DNA from: a virus
Lineage: Duplodnaviria > Caudoviricetes
Length of the DNA stretch: 50,627 bases
Virus record (IMG/VR): IMGVR_UViG_3300003369_000002
Location: 1-50,627 of that record
Direction: 5' to 3' (one strand)
The notes under the pieces were generated by a model. The model saw only the letters and a list, made by a program, of their open reading frames with translations, did not search any database and was not told the DNA's origin. Numbering within the stretch: position 1 is the stretch's first letter; each line of letters begins with the position of its first letter. Both the position numbers and the translations under genes were made by a program. Shown here piece by piece: positions 27,290 to 35,964 of this stretch.

Positions 27290-27926
27290 ATATATTGGAG
27301 TAGGCAAAATCCCTATTAGAAACTATTTAATAAATTTGGACAGGCGTTGTTATAGTCCAGATTTAGTAATTGAATATACAAAAGATATTTACGGAGTAGA
27401 TATATCTGAAGAAATAAAGGACGAGGCTTTATATTGGAGCTATAAAGATATAAATGTCTATGATTTATTTAATGAAAAATTCCCAGTTAAAATTGTGGAT
27501 GACGGAACTAGAGAATATTTCAATAAAACTGGAAGGAATAGATATTATAAATTCTACAGCAAATATAAAGAGAATGATGGCTACTGGGATTTGCCTATGG
27601 ATTGGTCGGCTAAGGCGGATGTAACTCACCATATATTTCCCATAGTTTTTGGTGGAAATAGTAACCCTATGAATTTGCTTCCAGTCACCGACCTAAATCA
27701 CAAATTGCTTCATGAAAACTCAGTTGAAGAAAAGAGAGAATGTTGTTTTATGGCTGTAGATTATTTATCTTATTTACATAGTCTTGATAGTATCAAGGAT
27801 CTAAATGAAAAATATAATATAATTCAATATAAAGATATGGATTCATCTTTTAGATATGATTTTATGAGCTCAATATTTGAGAAAGAAATGAAGGATTTTT
27901 ATAAGAAATTAAAAGAGGGTAATTAA
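27282..27926 (+). CDS. HNH-motif protein
   Basis: THHIFPIVFGGNSNPMNLLPV....H..LH. Confidence 0.7.
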   Translation: MIEYIGVGKIPIRNYLINLDRRCYSPDLVIEYTKDIYGVDISEEIKDEALYWSYKDINVYDLFNEKFPVKIVDDGTREYFNKTGRNRYYKFYSKYKENDGYWDLPMDWSAKADVTHHIFPIVFGGNSNPMNLLPVTDLNHKLLHENSVEEKRECCFMAVDYLSYLHSLDSIKDLNEKYNIIQYKDMDSSFRYDFMSSIFEKEMKDFYKKLKEGN

Positions 27927-27940
27927 AGACTCTCTTTCTT
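27912..27940 (+). terminator. Probable intrinsic terminator ending the early operon
   Basis: Stem AAAGAGGGT / ACTCTCTTT followed by a T-rich tail. Confidence 0.5.
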
Positions 27941-27975
27941 CATAATTATAAATAAGCAATATAGAGGAGGATATT

Positions 27976-28116
27976 ATGCAAACAATTACACATAAATATG
28001 GATTTGAGGTTATAACTAATTGTCCAGATTATAAACCTGAAGATGAAAAAAAAATAAATGAAAGAATACTTCAAAAATTATATGAAATCATATTCAATGA
28101 CAACGAAAATAGTTGA
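27976..28116 (+). CDS. Small protein upstream of integrase (46 aa; not in ORF track)
   Basis: RBS GAGGAGG; MQTITHKYGFEV...NDNENS*. Confidence 0.6.
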   Translation: MQTITHKYGFEVITNCPDYKPEDEKKINERILQKLYEIIFNDNENS

Positions 28117-28140
28117 CATAAAAGTAAAACGATATATAAT
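28113..28140 (+). promoter_or_regulatory. Consensus SigA promoter of the serine integrase
   Basis: TTGACA-16 bp-TATAAT. Confidence 0.7.
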
Positions 28141-28181
28141 AATACTTAAGATAAAAAATAAATGAACGAAGGGTGATAAAT

Positions 28182-29693
28182 ATGTCCATAGCTATTTACG
28201 CAAGACAATCTGTTGATAAGAAAGATAGTATATCTATTGAGAGTCAAATTGATTCTTGTAAGAGAGAAGTTATAGATGGTGAAATCAAGATATACATAGA
28301 TAAAGGTTTCTCTGGAAAGAATACAGACCGTCCTAAATTTAAAGAAATGGAAAAAGACATAAAAGAAGGACTTATAACCAAAGTTATAGTATATAAACTT
28401 GACAGAATAAGTAGAAATCTTTTGGACTTTTCTAATATCATAGAATACTATAAAAAGTACGAAGTTGGTTTTCTCAGTTGTAATGAAAAATTTGATACTT
28501 CCACTCCTATGGGAAATGCCATGCTGTCTATTTGCATGGTTTTTGCTCAGTTAGAGCGTGAGACGATACAAAAAAGAGTAAGGGATAATTACTATGCCAG
28601 GGGAGCTAAAGGGTTATATATGGGAGGAAGGGCGCCCTATGGTTATATAAAAATAGAAACAAAAGTCAATGGTAAAAAAACTTATACCTTTGAAAATGAC
28701 AACACTAAACTCATATCATTATTAGAAATGTATGAACTTTATTCTAGTACTGATATGAGTTTGGGGAAGGTTAGTGATCATTTAAATACTGAAGGTATTT
28801 TAGCAGCAGAAGGAGGAGCATGGGATTCTTGTAAAATAAGCAGAATCCTAAGAAGTCCTGCTTATGTAATGGGAGATGCCGATGTATATTCCTATTATAA
28901 AAACAAAGGTTGCAATATAGTCAATGATGTAACTGAATTCGTAGGAATCAATGGACTATATTTATATGGCAAGCGAGAATCTAATGAAAGGAAATATACT
29001 AAGGTAACTGATCATACATTGTCTATAGCTTTGCATGAGGGTGTTGTAGATTCTTCCACTTGGTTGGCTTGTCAATATAAACTAGATGCTAATAAGCAAA
29101 TCAAAAATGCAGGAAAAGGAAAACACAGTTGGCTAAGTGGACTTATTAAATGTGGAACTTGTGGATACACAGTGACTGTAGTTGTATCGAGAGATAAACG
29201 ATATCTTAGCTGTAGGGGTAAAAGTAATTTAAAAATATGTGACGGATTTAAAACAACTATGTATGCCGAAAATATAGAAAAAATTGTAAAGGAAGATATA
29301 TTTGAGATAGTTGAAAAAATAAGAAATGATGATTTTCCTAAGCAAGAAATAGAGGATTCTCAAACAAACAAATCTAAAATACAAATTATCGAAATTGATA
29401 GACAAATTGAAAACTTAATATCTCAACTAGCAGAAGCGAGTAAGATCACAACTAAGTATGTGAATGAGAAAATAGAAAAATTAGATACTGAAAAAAATAC
29501 TCTTATATCTGAAATAAGTAAAGTTGTAGTTAATAAACATAGAACACATTCAAAGGAAGATTTACTAAAAAGTGTTGATGCATGGGAGACACTATCTATG
29601 GAAGAAAAAAAGAAAATAGCATATTTCTTTATTGAAAAGGTGCGTGTGACTGATACTAGAGTTATAATTGATTGGAACGAAATATCGTTCTAA
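28182..29693 (+). CDS. Large serine recombinase (integrase)
   Basis: AIYARQS catalytic Ser, D.GFSG...DRP, VYKLDRISR, FAQLERE, GG.APYGY, zinc ribbon LSGLIKCGTCG, coiled coil. Confidence 0.95.
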   Translation: MSIAIYARQSVDKKDSISIESQIDSCKREVIDGEIKIYIDKGFSGKNTDRPKFKEMEKDIKEGLITKVIVYKLDRISRNLLDFSNIIEYYKKYEVGFLSCNEKFDTSTPMGNAMLSICMVFAQLERETIQKRVRDNYYARGAKGLYMGGRAPYGYIKIETKVNGKKTYTFENDNTKLISLLEMYELYSSTDMSLGKVSDHLNTEGILAAEGGAWDSCKISRILRSPAYVMGDADVYSYYKNKGCNIVNDVTEFVGINGLYLYGKRESNERKYTKVTDHTLSIALHEGVVDSSTWLACQYKLDANKQIKNAGKGKHSWLSGLIKCGTCGYTVTVVVSRDKRYLSCRGKSNLKICDGFKTTMYAENIEKIVKEDIFEIVEKIRNDDFPKQEIEDSQTNKSKIQIIEIDRQIENLISQLAEASKITTKYVNEKIEKLDTEKNTLISEISKVVVNKHRTHSKEDLLKSVDAWETLSMEEKKKIAYFFIEKVRVTDTRVIIDWNEISF

Positions 29694-29708
29694 TTTTTTT
29701 AAATTACT

Positions 29709-29756
29709 GTTGTATGTTTATATGTACACGAGATAGTTCACATATAAACATACAAC
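29709..29756. other. Putative attP: perfect 17-bp inverted repeat around a 14-bp centre
   Basis: GTTGTATGTTTATATGT - ACACGAGATAGTTC - ACATATAAACATACAAC, 15 bp downstream of the integrase stop. Confidence 0.65.
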
Positions 29757-29802
29757 TAGGCACGGAGCTAGTTGTATGATATAATAAGGTAGGTGGTGAG
29801 GT

Positions 29803-30123
29803 ATGAATTTATTTAAGGGACTCATTAAATGTAAAAACTGTAATTCAAATTTCATAGGAAAATTAGAAGGAAAAACTTATAATTATATATGCTCAGGATA
29901 CAAGAACAAAGGAGGGTCTAGCTACTGTCCCAGGAATGTAATTCACGAATCTGATATAGTAGCACTTGTGAATCTACATTGTCAAGATAGCTCTATAAGC
30001 TCGCATAAAAACGCAATTTTAATAGAATTAATTGATAAGATTGAAATTGACGGAGAAATGGTTACTATATATTATTCTGACGGAACTACCACAATATGGA
30101 ATAGCCATAAACTGGAAGTTTAG
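29803..30123 (+). CDS. Stand-alone recombinase zinc-ribbon domain protein
   Basis: LFKGLIKCKNC...YICSGY....C.RN; LIDKIEI...VTIYY mirrors a serine recombinase C-terminus. Confidence 0.75.
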   Translation: MNLFKGLIKCKNCNSNFIGKLEGKTYNYICSGYKNKGGSSYCPRNVIHESDIVALVNLHCQDSSISSHKNAILIELIDKIEIDGEMVTIYYSDGTTTIWNSHKLEV

Positions 30124-30142
30124 GTCGAAAGGTTTTGCAAGA

Positions 30143-30166
30143 GGGGAGGATTATCCTCCTTTTATT
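30143..30166. terminator. Terminator between convergent genes
   Basis: GGAGGA-TTA-TCCTCC followed by a T-run on the + strand. Confidence 0.6.
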
Positions 30167-30377
30167 TTACAAATTTAGTATTAACAAATTCTATCAAATC
30201 ACTTACATTGCACTTGAAAAATTTGCATAAAATATCTAAATGCTCTTTTGGTATCATTTTAAAACTATCATTATAGTATGCAGATAATGTTGCCTGTCTA
30301 ATTCCAGTTTCTTTGCTTAAGTCACGTTGTGATATCTTAATTTCAGCCATTTTCATATGTAGATTCATTTTAATCAT
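30162..30377 (-). CDS. Cro/C1-type (Xre) HTH transcriptional regulator
   Basis: ISQRDLSKETGIRQATLSAYYN...LDILCKFFKC.VSDLIEF; RBS GAGGTG before ATG 30377. Confidence 0.85.
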   Translation of the reverse strand: MIKMNLHMKMAEIKISQRDLSKETGIRQATLSAYYNDSFKMIPKEHLDILCKFFKCNVSDLIEFVNTKFVK

Positions 30378-30649
30378 TATGTTCACCTCAATGATTATAT
30401 TATATACTATTATGATCATATATAAAAATGAAAAAATAAGGAGAATCTATCTCAAATTAATGAGTTTAGATTCTCCTATAAATTAAAGGTATATTAAAAA
30501 TTATGTAGTATATACTATTATTACACGAGAGCGACCTTGATATGTATTTTCGCTCTATTGTAGTATTAAATAATGTTAAAGAATAGTTATTTCAGCTATT
30601 AATAAAGGGAACCTAGGAACTTCCTTTTATCTGACAATTTGAAAGCAGC

Positions 30650-30701
30650 AAAAAAAATAAGTCAACCGGAATAGAATTAATCTACTCTGATTGACTTATT
30701 T
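30650..30701 (-). terminator. Intrinsic terminator ending the late operon
   Basis: AAATAAGTCAA...TTGACTTATTT stem with a T-run on the - strand. Confidence 0.65.
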
Positions 30702-30757
30702 AAATGAAATAGGTTTAGAATTCTTATTTTATAATGGTCTATACCTCCCTAATATTA

Positions 30758-31756
30758 TTATGGTTTTAATCCTATTGCAATCCAATCCAGACCTTCTCCA
30801 GTAGCCCCACCACCTTGAAATTTCTTGTTTAATGAAACTGATTGAACTGTTTTACCTGTTTGCATCACGTTGTATGTATTGGCAGTGCTACCATTATTAA
30901 ACATAGCATTAAAAGAAAATGTTGTGTCTTTAAATGGGGCTGGGAAAGTAATAGTAGGGGATGATGAACCACCACCGCCTTGACCAAATTGCGTACGAAC
31001 ACTTCCAACATCATACCACCCACTGGAAGCATTGTCAGCAGTATAGGAATTTACCCAACTTCCACCTTGCTTTTTCCATGTAACTTGTGTATTTGTTGTG
31101 GTTCCAGCAACCAATACTGGTATAGCAGAAGAGTATTTCTGATATAAAGACCAATTTATACCATCAAAAAAAGTTATATCGTTTAATCCTATTCCAGATG
31201 GGAGTCCGTTTGTAGGAACAACGGAAAATATATAATAACCTGCTATTATTGGTTTTGTAGTTGCAACAATCATAATAGAAGTTATAATTGGATTTGTCAC
31301 TGTTCTAACTTGGCATGTTACACCATAGATAGTTCCTTGTGCATTAATTTTATAAGTAGCAGAACTACCATCAACTATGGGGTTAGTTACTGCACCACTA
31401 GAAGATACATAAGTTACTCCACTATTAACTCCTCCATTAGTATTAGATACAATAGCATATTTATTTACATATGTTGAACCTACTACGCTTATGGTAGCTA
31501 CTAAATTAGCCCATGAATCAAAATAGAATACATCTGCTGAGTTTGCCCATGTCGCACAGCCACTTGTTGCATCTGTACAAGTATATGTAATACCTCCATA
31601 AATCCATGTGCTTCCAGCAGAATACCCACTTCCAGAATCATTTGTTATATTTGGAATAGATGTGGCAATAAGATTATTTTTTATTGGAGCAGAAAGACTA
31701 TCTAATTTAGTTTTATCTGCTGCTGATGTTCCACCGAAATTATTGAAAAACCCCAT
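30758..31756 (-). CDS. Tail fibre/receptor-binding-like protein
   Basis: PNITNDSGSGYSAGSTW; C-terminal QFG....ITFPAPF...DWIAIG typical of phage fibre-tip domains. Confidence 0.55.
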   Translation of the reverse strand: MGFFNNFGGTSAADKTKLDSLSAPIKNNLIATSIPNITNDSGSGYSAGSTWIYGGITYTCTDATSGCATWANSADVFYFDSWANLVATISVVGSTYVNKYAIVSNTNGGVNSGVTYVSSSGAVTNPIVDGSSATYKINAQGTIYGVTCQVRTVTNPIITSIMIVATTKPIIAGYYIFSVVPTNGLPSGIGLNDITFFDGINWSLYQKYSSAIPVLVAGTTTNTQVTWKKQGGSWVNSYTADNASSGWYDVGSVRTQFGQGGGGSSSPTITFPAPFKDTTFSFNAMFNNGSTANTYNVMQTGKTVQSVSLNKKFQGGGATGEGLDWIAIGLKP

Positions 31757-31770
31757 TTATATCATCTCCT

Positions 31771-32052
31771 TTAATATGCACCTAAATAGTAATAACTTAT
31801 AGACGCTTCTACAATTACAAATGTATATATTTCTTTATCAACATCATCTGAATTGAATCCTTTATTTGCTGGTAAATATATCTGATTTGTTGAACCATTT
31901 ATAAGAACATGACAGTCTTGTGAATTCATAAAACTAAATTTATATGATGAAAATGATGTTAAATTTACAGGTTTATTTTGCTGAATTATTTCTTGATTTG
32001 CAGTTGAAGTTAATAAATTATTTGAACCGAAATATCCCGATCCTACTCTCAT
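31771..32052 (-). CDS. Hypothetical protein (beta-rich)
   Basis: RBS GAAAGGA; directly upstream of the fibre-like gene. Confidence 0.6.
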   Translation of the reverse strand: MRVGSGYFGSNNLLTSTANQEIIQQNKPVNLTSFSSYKFSFMNSQDCHVLINGSTNQIYLPANKGFNSDDVDKEIYTFVIVEASISYYYLGAY

Positions 32053-32103
32053 AAATTAATCATTCCTTTCTATTTGTTGAATAAAATAGTGTTTTTATAT
32101 TTA

Positions 32104-32634
32104 TTATTTTGCTAAAACTTCTTCTATTTTCTCAATAGTTTCAGATTTAGTTTCTTCGGGAAGTATGCCTAGAATTACAGTTGATTCTTGGATTATTTCA
32201 GCTACGTTAGCTTCCTTAGTAGCAACTACATTAGATTCTATTTCAGCACTCGCTACGGCCTCCACAGCCTCTTGTACCTTATCAGATGCAACAACTTGTT
32301 CAACTATTTGATCTAGTACAGATTCATTTAATTTACCATCGTCTAATAAATCTTTTGTGATGTGATAAGCTTTATAAACTATTTTCCTAAGCAATTCTTT
32401 ATTTACAAATAATTTTATTCTAGCTGGCATAACATCGTAAACTTTATCAACAACCCAATCTTCTTGAGCTTGACCTCCATTTAATACACCGTCTTTAGCT
32501 TTAGATTTAGCAACTGCAATAGCCTGAATAACAAGTATTTTAAAGTTCTTCCAGTCAGCTACAGCATAAACAGCCACTCCTAATATAGTAACAAGTATGA
32601 ATCTCCAGTCCCAAAGTAATAATTTAATATCCAT
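32104..32634 (-). CDS. Putative holin
   Basis: Single N-terminal TM segment, G.A....VVDKVY, acidic tail; immediately downstream of endolysin. Confidence 0.55.
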   Translation of the reverse strand: MDIKLLLWDWRFILVTILGVAVYAVADWKNFKILVIQAIAVAKSKAKDGVLNGGQAQEDWVVDKVYDVMPARIKLFVNKELLRKIVYKAYHITKDLLDDGKLNESVLDQIVEQVVASDKVQEAVEAVASAEIESNVVATKEANVAEIIQESTVILGILPEETKSETIEKIEEVLAK

Positions 32635-32682
32635 TAATAACGACCTCCTAATTTTTATTTATTTATTTTTAATGTTGATTGA

Positions 32683-33927
32683 TTAACCGATTGCTTTATT
32701 CCAACTTAAAGTACCGAATTTTGCGTCGTCTTCTAACCCATGATTCTTCTGCCATGTTGCAACTTTTATATTTGTTCCAGAGCCCCAAATTCCATCTACA
32801 CTCGTACCCACTATGTTTTGAATAATTCTAATTGCAGGTTTATTACCTTGACTCTTTATATCACAATAAGGTTTTGCAAGAACTGAATTTATAGCACTCC
32901 AAGTATTATTTCCTGCTATTCCATCGGCACCAACATCTAAAATTTGTTGTAATTTAATAGTTCCTTCTTTTGTTTTTGTTCCTGTAATTCCATCTTCGAC
33001 AAGTCCTAATTTTATTAATCTATTAATGACTTGTTGTAGCTTTAGGACTTGAGCATCTATTACAACTTTAGGCTTATTTATTTCCATAATAATTTCTTGT
33101 AGTTTTGTGAATGTCTGATTTCCAGCTAATCCATCAGCAAAATTTATACCTAAATATTTAGTTTGAAACGCAATAAGTGAGTCTAAAGTACCTTGACCAA
33201 AACTTCCATCGGCTCCATATCCACCACAATTAAATTCACAAGCAATTAAATCTGTCTGTAATTCTTTAGCTTTTAAACCTATAAATAGTTTAGCTTTTTC
33301 TAACTGAGAACGAGGTTGTAATTTAGTAGCGATTAGGTTCACAGCGGTGTATACAGGGGCTGTAGTTGTTGAGCCACCTAATAGTATTCCATCCTCAAAC
33401 ACATTCACGTCACATCCATTTGAGACTCCTTGGACTATGCCTGTAGAACTGTATTGCCAACCTACAGATGGTAAATCTGGATGTACTGAATAATTTGCAA
33501 CCCATAGAAAAATATTCTTTACTGAGCTATCTAAATTATGAGTATAGAAAAAGGAACCCGTATAAATACATGGCTCTTTATTCTGACTTATTAAATAGTC
33601 TGCAAAGTGTCTTACGTTGGAACTTATTTGACTGGTAGATTGCCCCAGAATTTCTTCGACGTCTATTGCGTATTTGCAATCAAAACGTAATCCATCTATT
33701 ACAGATAGAAAGTGTTTTGCTTCCGAAATAGGATCGTTGGCTCTAAGATAATGATATACTCCCACTTTAAGACCAACATTAATTGCTGATTGATATTGTT
33801 GTCTAAAGGCAGGGCTTGTATAAGTTACTCCTTCAGTCGCTTTGATATATACAATTTCTACTCCACTAGCTTTTACTTGTGCAAAGTCTACATTATTTTG
33901 GTAATTTGAAATATCTATTCCTTTCAT
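32683..33927 (-). CDS. Endolysin: GH25 muramidase plus peptidoglycan-binding repeats
   Basis: KGIDISNYQ, YIKATEG, GVYHY, DVE, WQYS, D.N; three DG.FG..T-type PG_binding_1 repeats. Confidence 0.92.
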   Translation of the reverse strand: MKGIDISNYQNNVDFAQVKASGVEIVYIKATEGVTYTSPAFRQQYQSAINVGLKVGVYHYLRANDPISEAKHFLSVIDGLRFDCKYAIDVEEILGQSTSQISSNVRHFADYLISQNKEPCIYTGSFFYTHNLDSSVKNIFLWVANYSVHPDLPSVGWQYSSTGIVQGVSNGCDVNVFEDGILLGGSTTTAPVYTAVNLIATKLQPRSQLEKAKLFIGLKAKELQTDLIACEFNCGGYGADGSFGQGTLDSLIAFQTKYLGINFADGLAGNQTFTKLQEIIMEINKPKVVIDAQVLKLQQVINRLIKLGLVEDGITGTKTKEGTIKLQQILDVGADGIAGNNTWSAINSVLAKPYCDIKSQGNKPAIRIIQNIVGTSVDGIWGSGTNIKVATWQKNHGLEDDAKFGTLSWNKAIG

Positions 33928-33954
33928 TTATAAATCGTCCCCTTAATTAAAAAA

Positions 33955-34452
33955 TTATTTTATTCTTGTTTCGAACTTCTTTATATGTTTTAAAAATGGT
34001 ACAAAAAATGTAAATCCAGATGCAATAAAGTTCTCGAAAATACTTGAGACCTCAACTAATAACAATAGGGTGTAAAAAATATTAGCAATTATATTACCAC
34101 CTATCATTTGAGGAATAATTGTGAATTGATGAGCCATGTATAATACAGGTGAATATAAAATTGTCTTTACACAAATACCATTTTTTAGGGCTCTTGAAGT
34201 TAATATTGCAGGCTTATCTGTCCAACCTTTAAAGTAATTACGAATACTAAATTCTCCATATTTTACTATTATCAGTGAAACTTGCTTGGTAATTAAATCT
34301 ATTACGATGAGGACTAATATAAAAATTAATACCTGTTTCGGATAGCCAATAGCTCCAAGAAAGATTGAGATTATAACAGATAAAAATAGTAGTGTTTTAT
34401 TTAGCATGGATTGTAGGATTATTAAGGCCTGGTGAATTATTTCATTAAACAT
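33955..34452 (-). CDS. Phage holin family protein
   Basis: Several TM segments, ID.IT, TSR.LKNG..K, E..SIFEN; directly upstream of endolysin. Confidence 0.75.
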   Translation of the reverse strand: MFNEIIHQALIILQSMLNKTLLFLSVIISIFLGAIGYPKQVLIFILVLIVIDLITKQVSLIIVKYGEFSIRNYFKGWTDKPAILTSRALKNGICVKTILYSPVLYMAHQFTIIPQMIGGNIIANIFYTLLLLVEVSSIFENFIASGFTFFVPFLKHIKKFETRIK

Positions 34453-34504
34453 GATTGATTTCCCCTTTCAAGTTTGGAATTAATACCTTCTTTCCTTTTA
34501 TAAA

Positions 34505-35560
34505 TTAAAGGTCTCTCTTATCATCTTCTTTAGCTATAAATTTTTCTTGTAACGCCATAGCATCTTTTAATTTTCCGATATCTTTCCATTTCTTGTCTTT
34601 GTCTTCTATATCGCAATAGATGTTGTACATGGCTGCTGATTTCCATTTCATTACAGCTACAATAAAGTCAGAACTACAACCTTTACGCGTTAAATCACTA
34701 ACAATAAAGTGTCTGAATGCATGGGCGTATAAGTCTACGTTTAATATTAATTCCCATTTACCAATCCATGTTCTTACAATAGATTCTGTAACGGGTTCTC
34801 CATTAGATCTTATAAACATCTTTACATGTTCTTTGCCGTTCTCTTTCATTGTTTTTTCTCTCATAGGGAGCCACTGGGTATATATGGGTAAAAATACATC
34901 TTTAATAATAAAACGTGTCATCATAGTCCCAGTCTTACCGTGCCCCTTTGTCTTAAGATCAGACGTAGTCTCTAAAAATAAACCTTCATATGCAGTAAAA
35001 TTTTCATCTACCATATCCACATCTATTCTTAGAGATTCACTAATTCTGGCTCCTGAACTTGCCAGTAGCATAAGGTAAACAGCTTCTTGAAATTTATTGT
35101 CAGCTATCAAAGTATCTCTCAATTTATATACTTGTTCTGGGAGTATTACAGTTTTCTTTCTAACTGGGATTTTCTCAACCTTGACCACAGATTTATTAAC
35201 TATATTTTTAAAGTTAGGGTACTCCTCATCTAAAAAATCAACTATAAAATCACTGAAACTGTTCATTAAACTTCTAATTCTTTGATATCTGTTTCCACTC
35301 CACTTTAAATCTATCAACCCATAATCAAAGAAGTTTGACAATTCTAACTTCCTGGTATTTGTAAATAATTTATTCTCATTTTCAACTATGTTGTAGCAAA
35401 AATAAATATTAAGATCTGAGTGGTAAGAAGTAATGGTTGTATCAGAACATTTTGCATTTTTATATTTTAAGAATTTCTTTATCAACATTTTATTTTCGGG
35501 ATTAATTTGTTCAATTGCTTCAAGTGAAGTGATAATTTTTCGGTACGTTTTTCTAGGTAT
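34505..35560 (-). CDS. Tyrosine recombinase (integrase/Xer family), probable ATA start
   Basis: SGARISE (R), KTKG (K), HAFRH (H-x-x-R), MKW (W), YNIY (Y). Frame extends 24 codons upstream of ATG 35488 to ATA 35560, preceded by RBS AGAGGAG. Confidence 0.88.
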   Translation of the reverse strand: MPRKTYRKIITSLEAIEQINPENKMLIKKFLKYKNAKCSDTTITSYHSDLNIYFCYNIVENENKLFTNTRKLELSNFFDYGLIDLKWSGNRYQRIRSLMNSFSDFIVDFLDEEYPNFKNIVNKSVVKVEKIPVRKKTVILPEQVYKLRDTLIADNKFQEAVYLMLLASSGARISESLRIDVDMVDENFTAYEGLFLETTSDLKTKGHGKTGTMMTRFIIKDVFLPIYTQWLPMREKTMKENGKEHVKMFIRSNGEPVTESIVRTWIGKWELILNVDLYAHAFRHFIVSDLTRKGCSSDFIVAVMKWKSAAMYNIYCDIEDKDKKWKDIGKLKDAMALQEKFIAKEDDKRDL

Positions 35561-35707
35561 AATAATCGTCTCCTCTGCAAGTTATTATTTGACTTTATTA
35601 AATTTATAAAGTATTCTTTACTTGTGAAGTCCTAACACTTCACAGACCAGTATTGTATTTATACGGAGTGAATCATTTTTTGTTTTTCATTTCGTATAAA
35701 TACAGTT

Positions 35708-35854
35708 TTATAAAAATGTATAGCTAAATTTCTTTCCTGTGATTTGAAAAAATTCCTCAGATGTAATCCAGGATTTTAATACACATCTACAAACAAAGTT
35801 AAAGTCTACTGCTTTATATTTGTGATTATACATATATTTCAAATCTTCAAACAT
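35708..35854 (-). CDS. XkdX-like small phage protein (48 aa; not in ORF track)
   Basis: RBS GGGAGG; V.KSWITSEEFFQITGK; follows tail fibre gene; stop inside site 35695. Confidence 0.65.
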   Translation of the reverse strand: MFEDLKYMYNHKYKAVDFNFVCRCVLKSWITSEEFFQITGKKFSYTFL

Positions 35855-35878
35855 TTCCTTCCTCCCTTTTAATTTTTA

Positions 35879-35908
35879 CATAATAAAAGACACCCTTTCA
35901 GGTGCCTT
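35879..35908 (-). terminator. Terminator with TTTTATTATG tail
   Basis: Plus-strand arms AAGACACC / GGTGCCTT; - strand tail TTTTATTATG. Confidence 0.6.
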
Positions 35909-35964
35909 CATCTTTTATATTCTGTTTTTATGATAGAGTTACATTATAATTTCACATTGTTTAA

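Noticed and set aside
29725-30530. TACACGAGA shared by the attP-like centre (29725) and 30522
   Set aside because: Only 9 bp and the second copy has no arm sequences; chance cannot be excluded.
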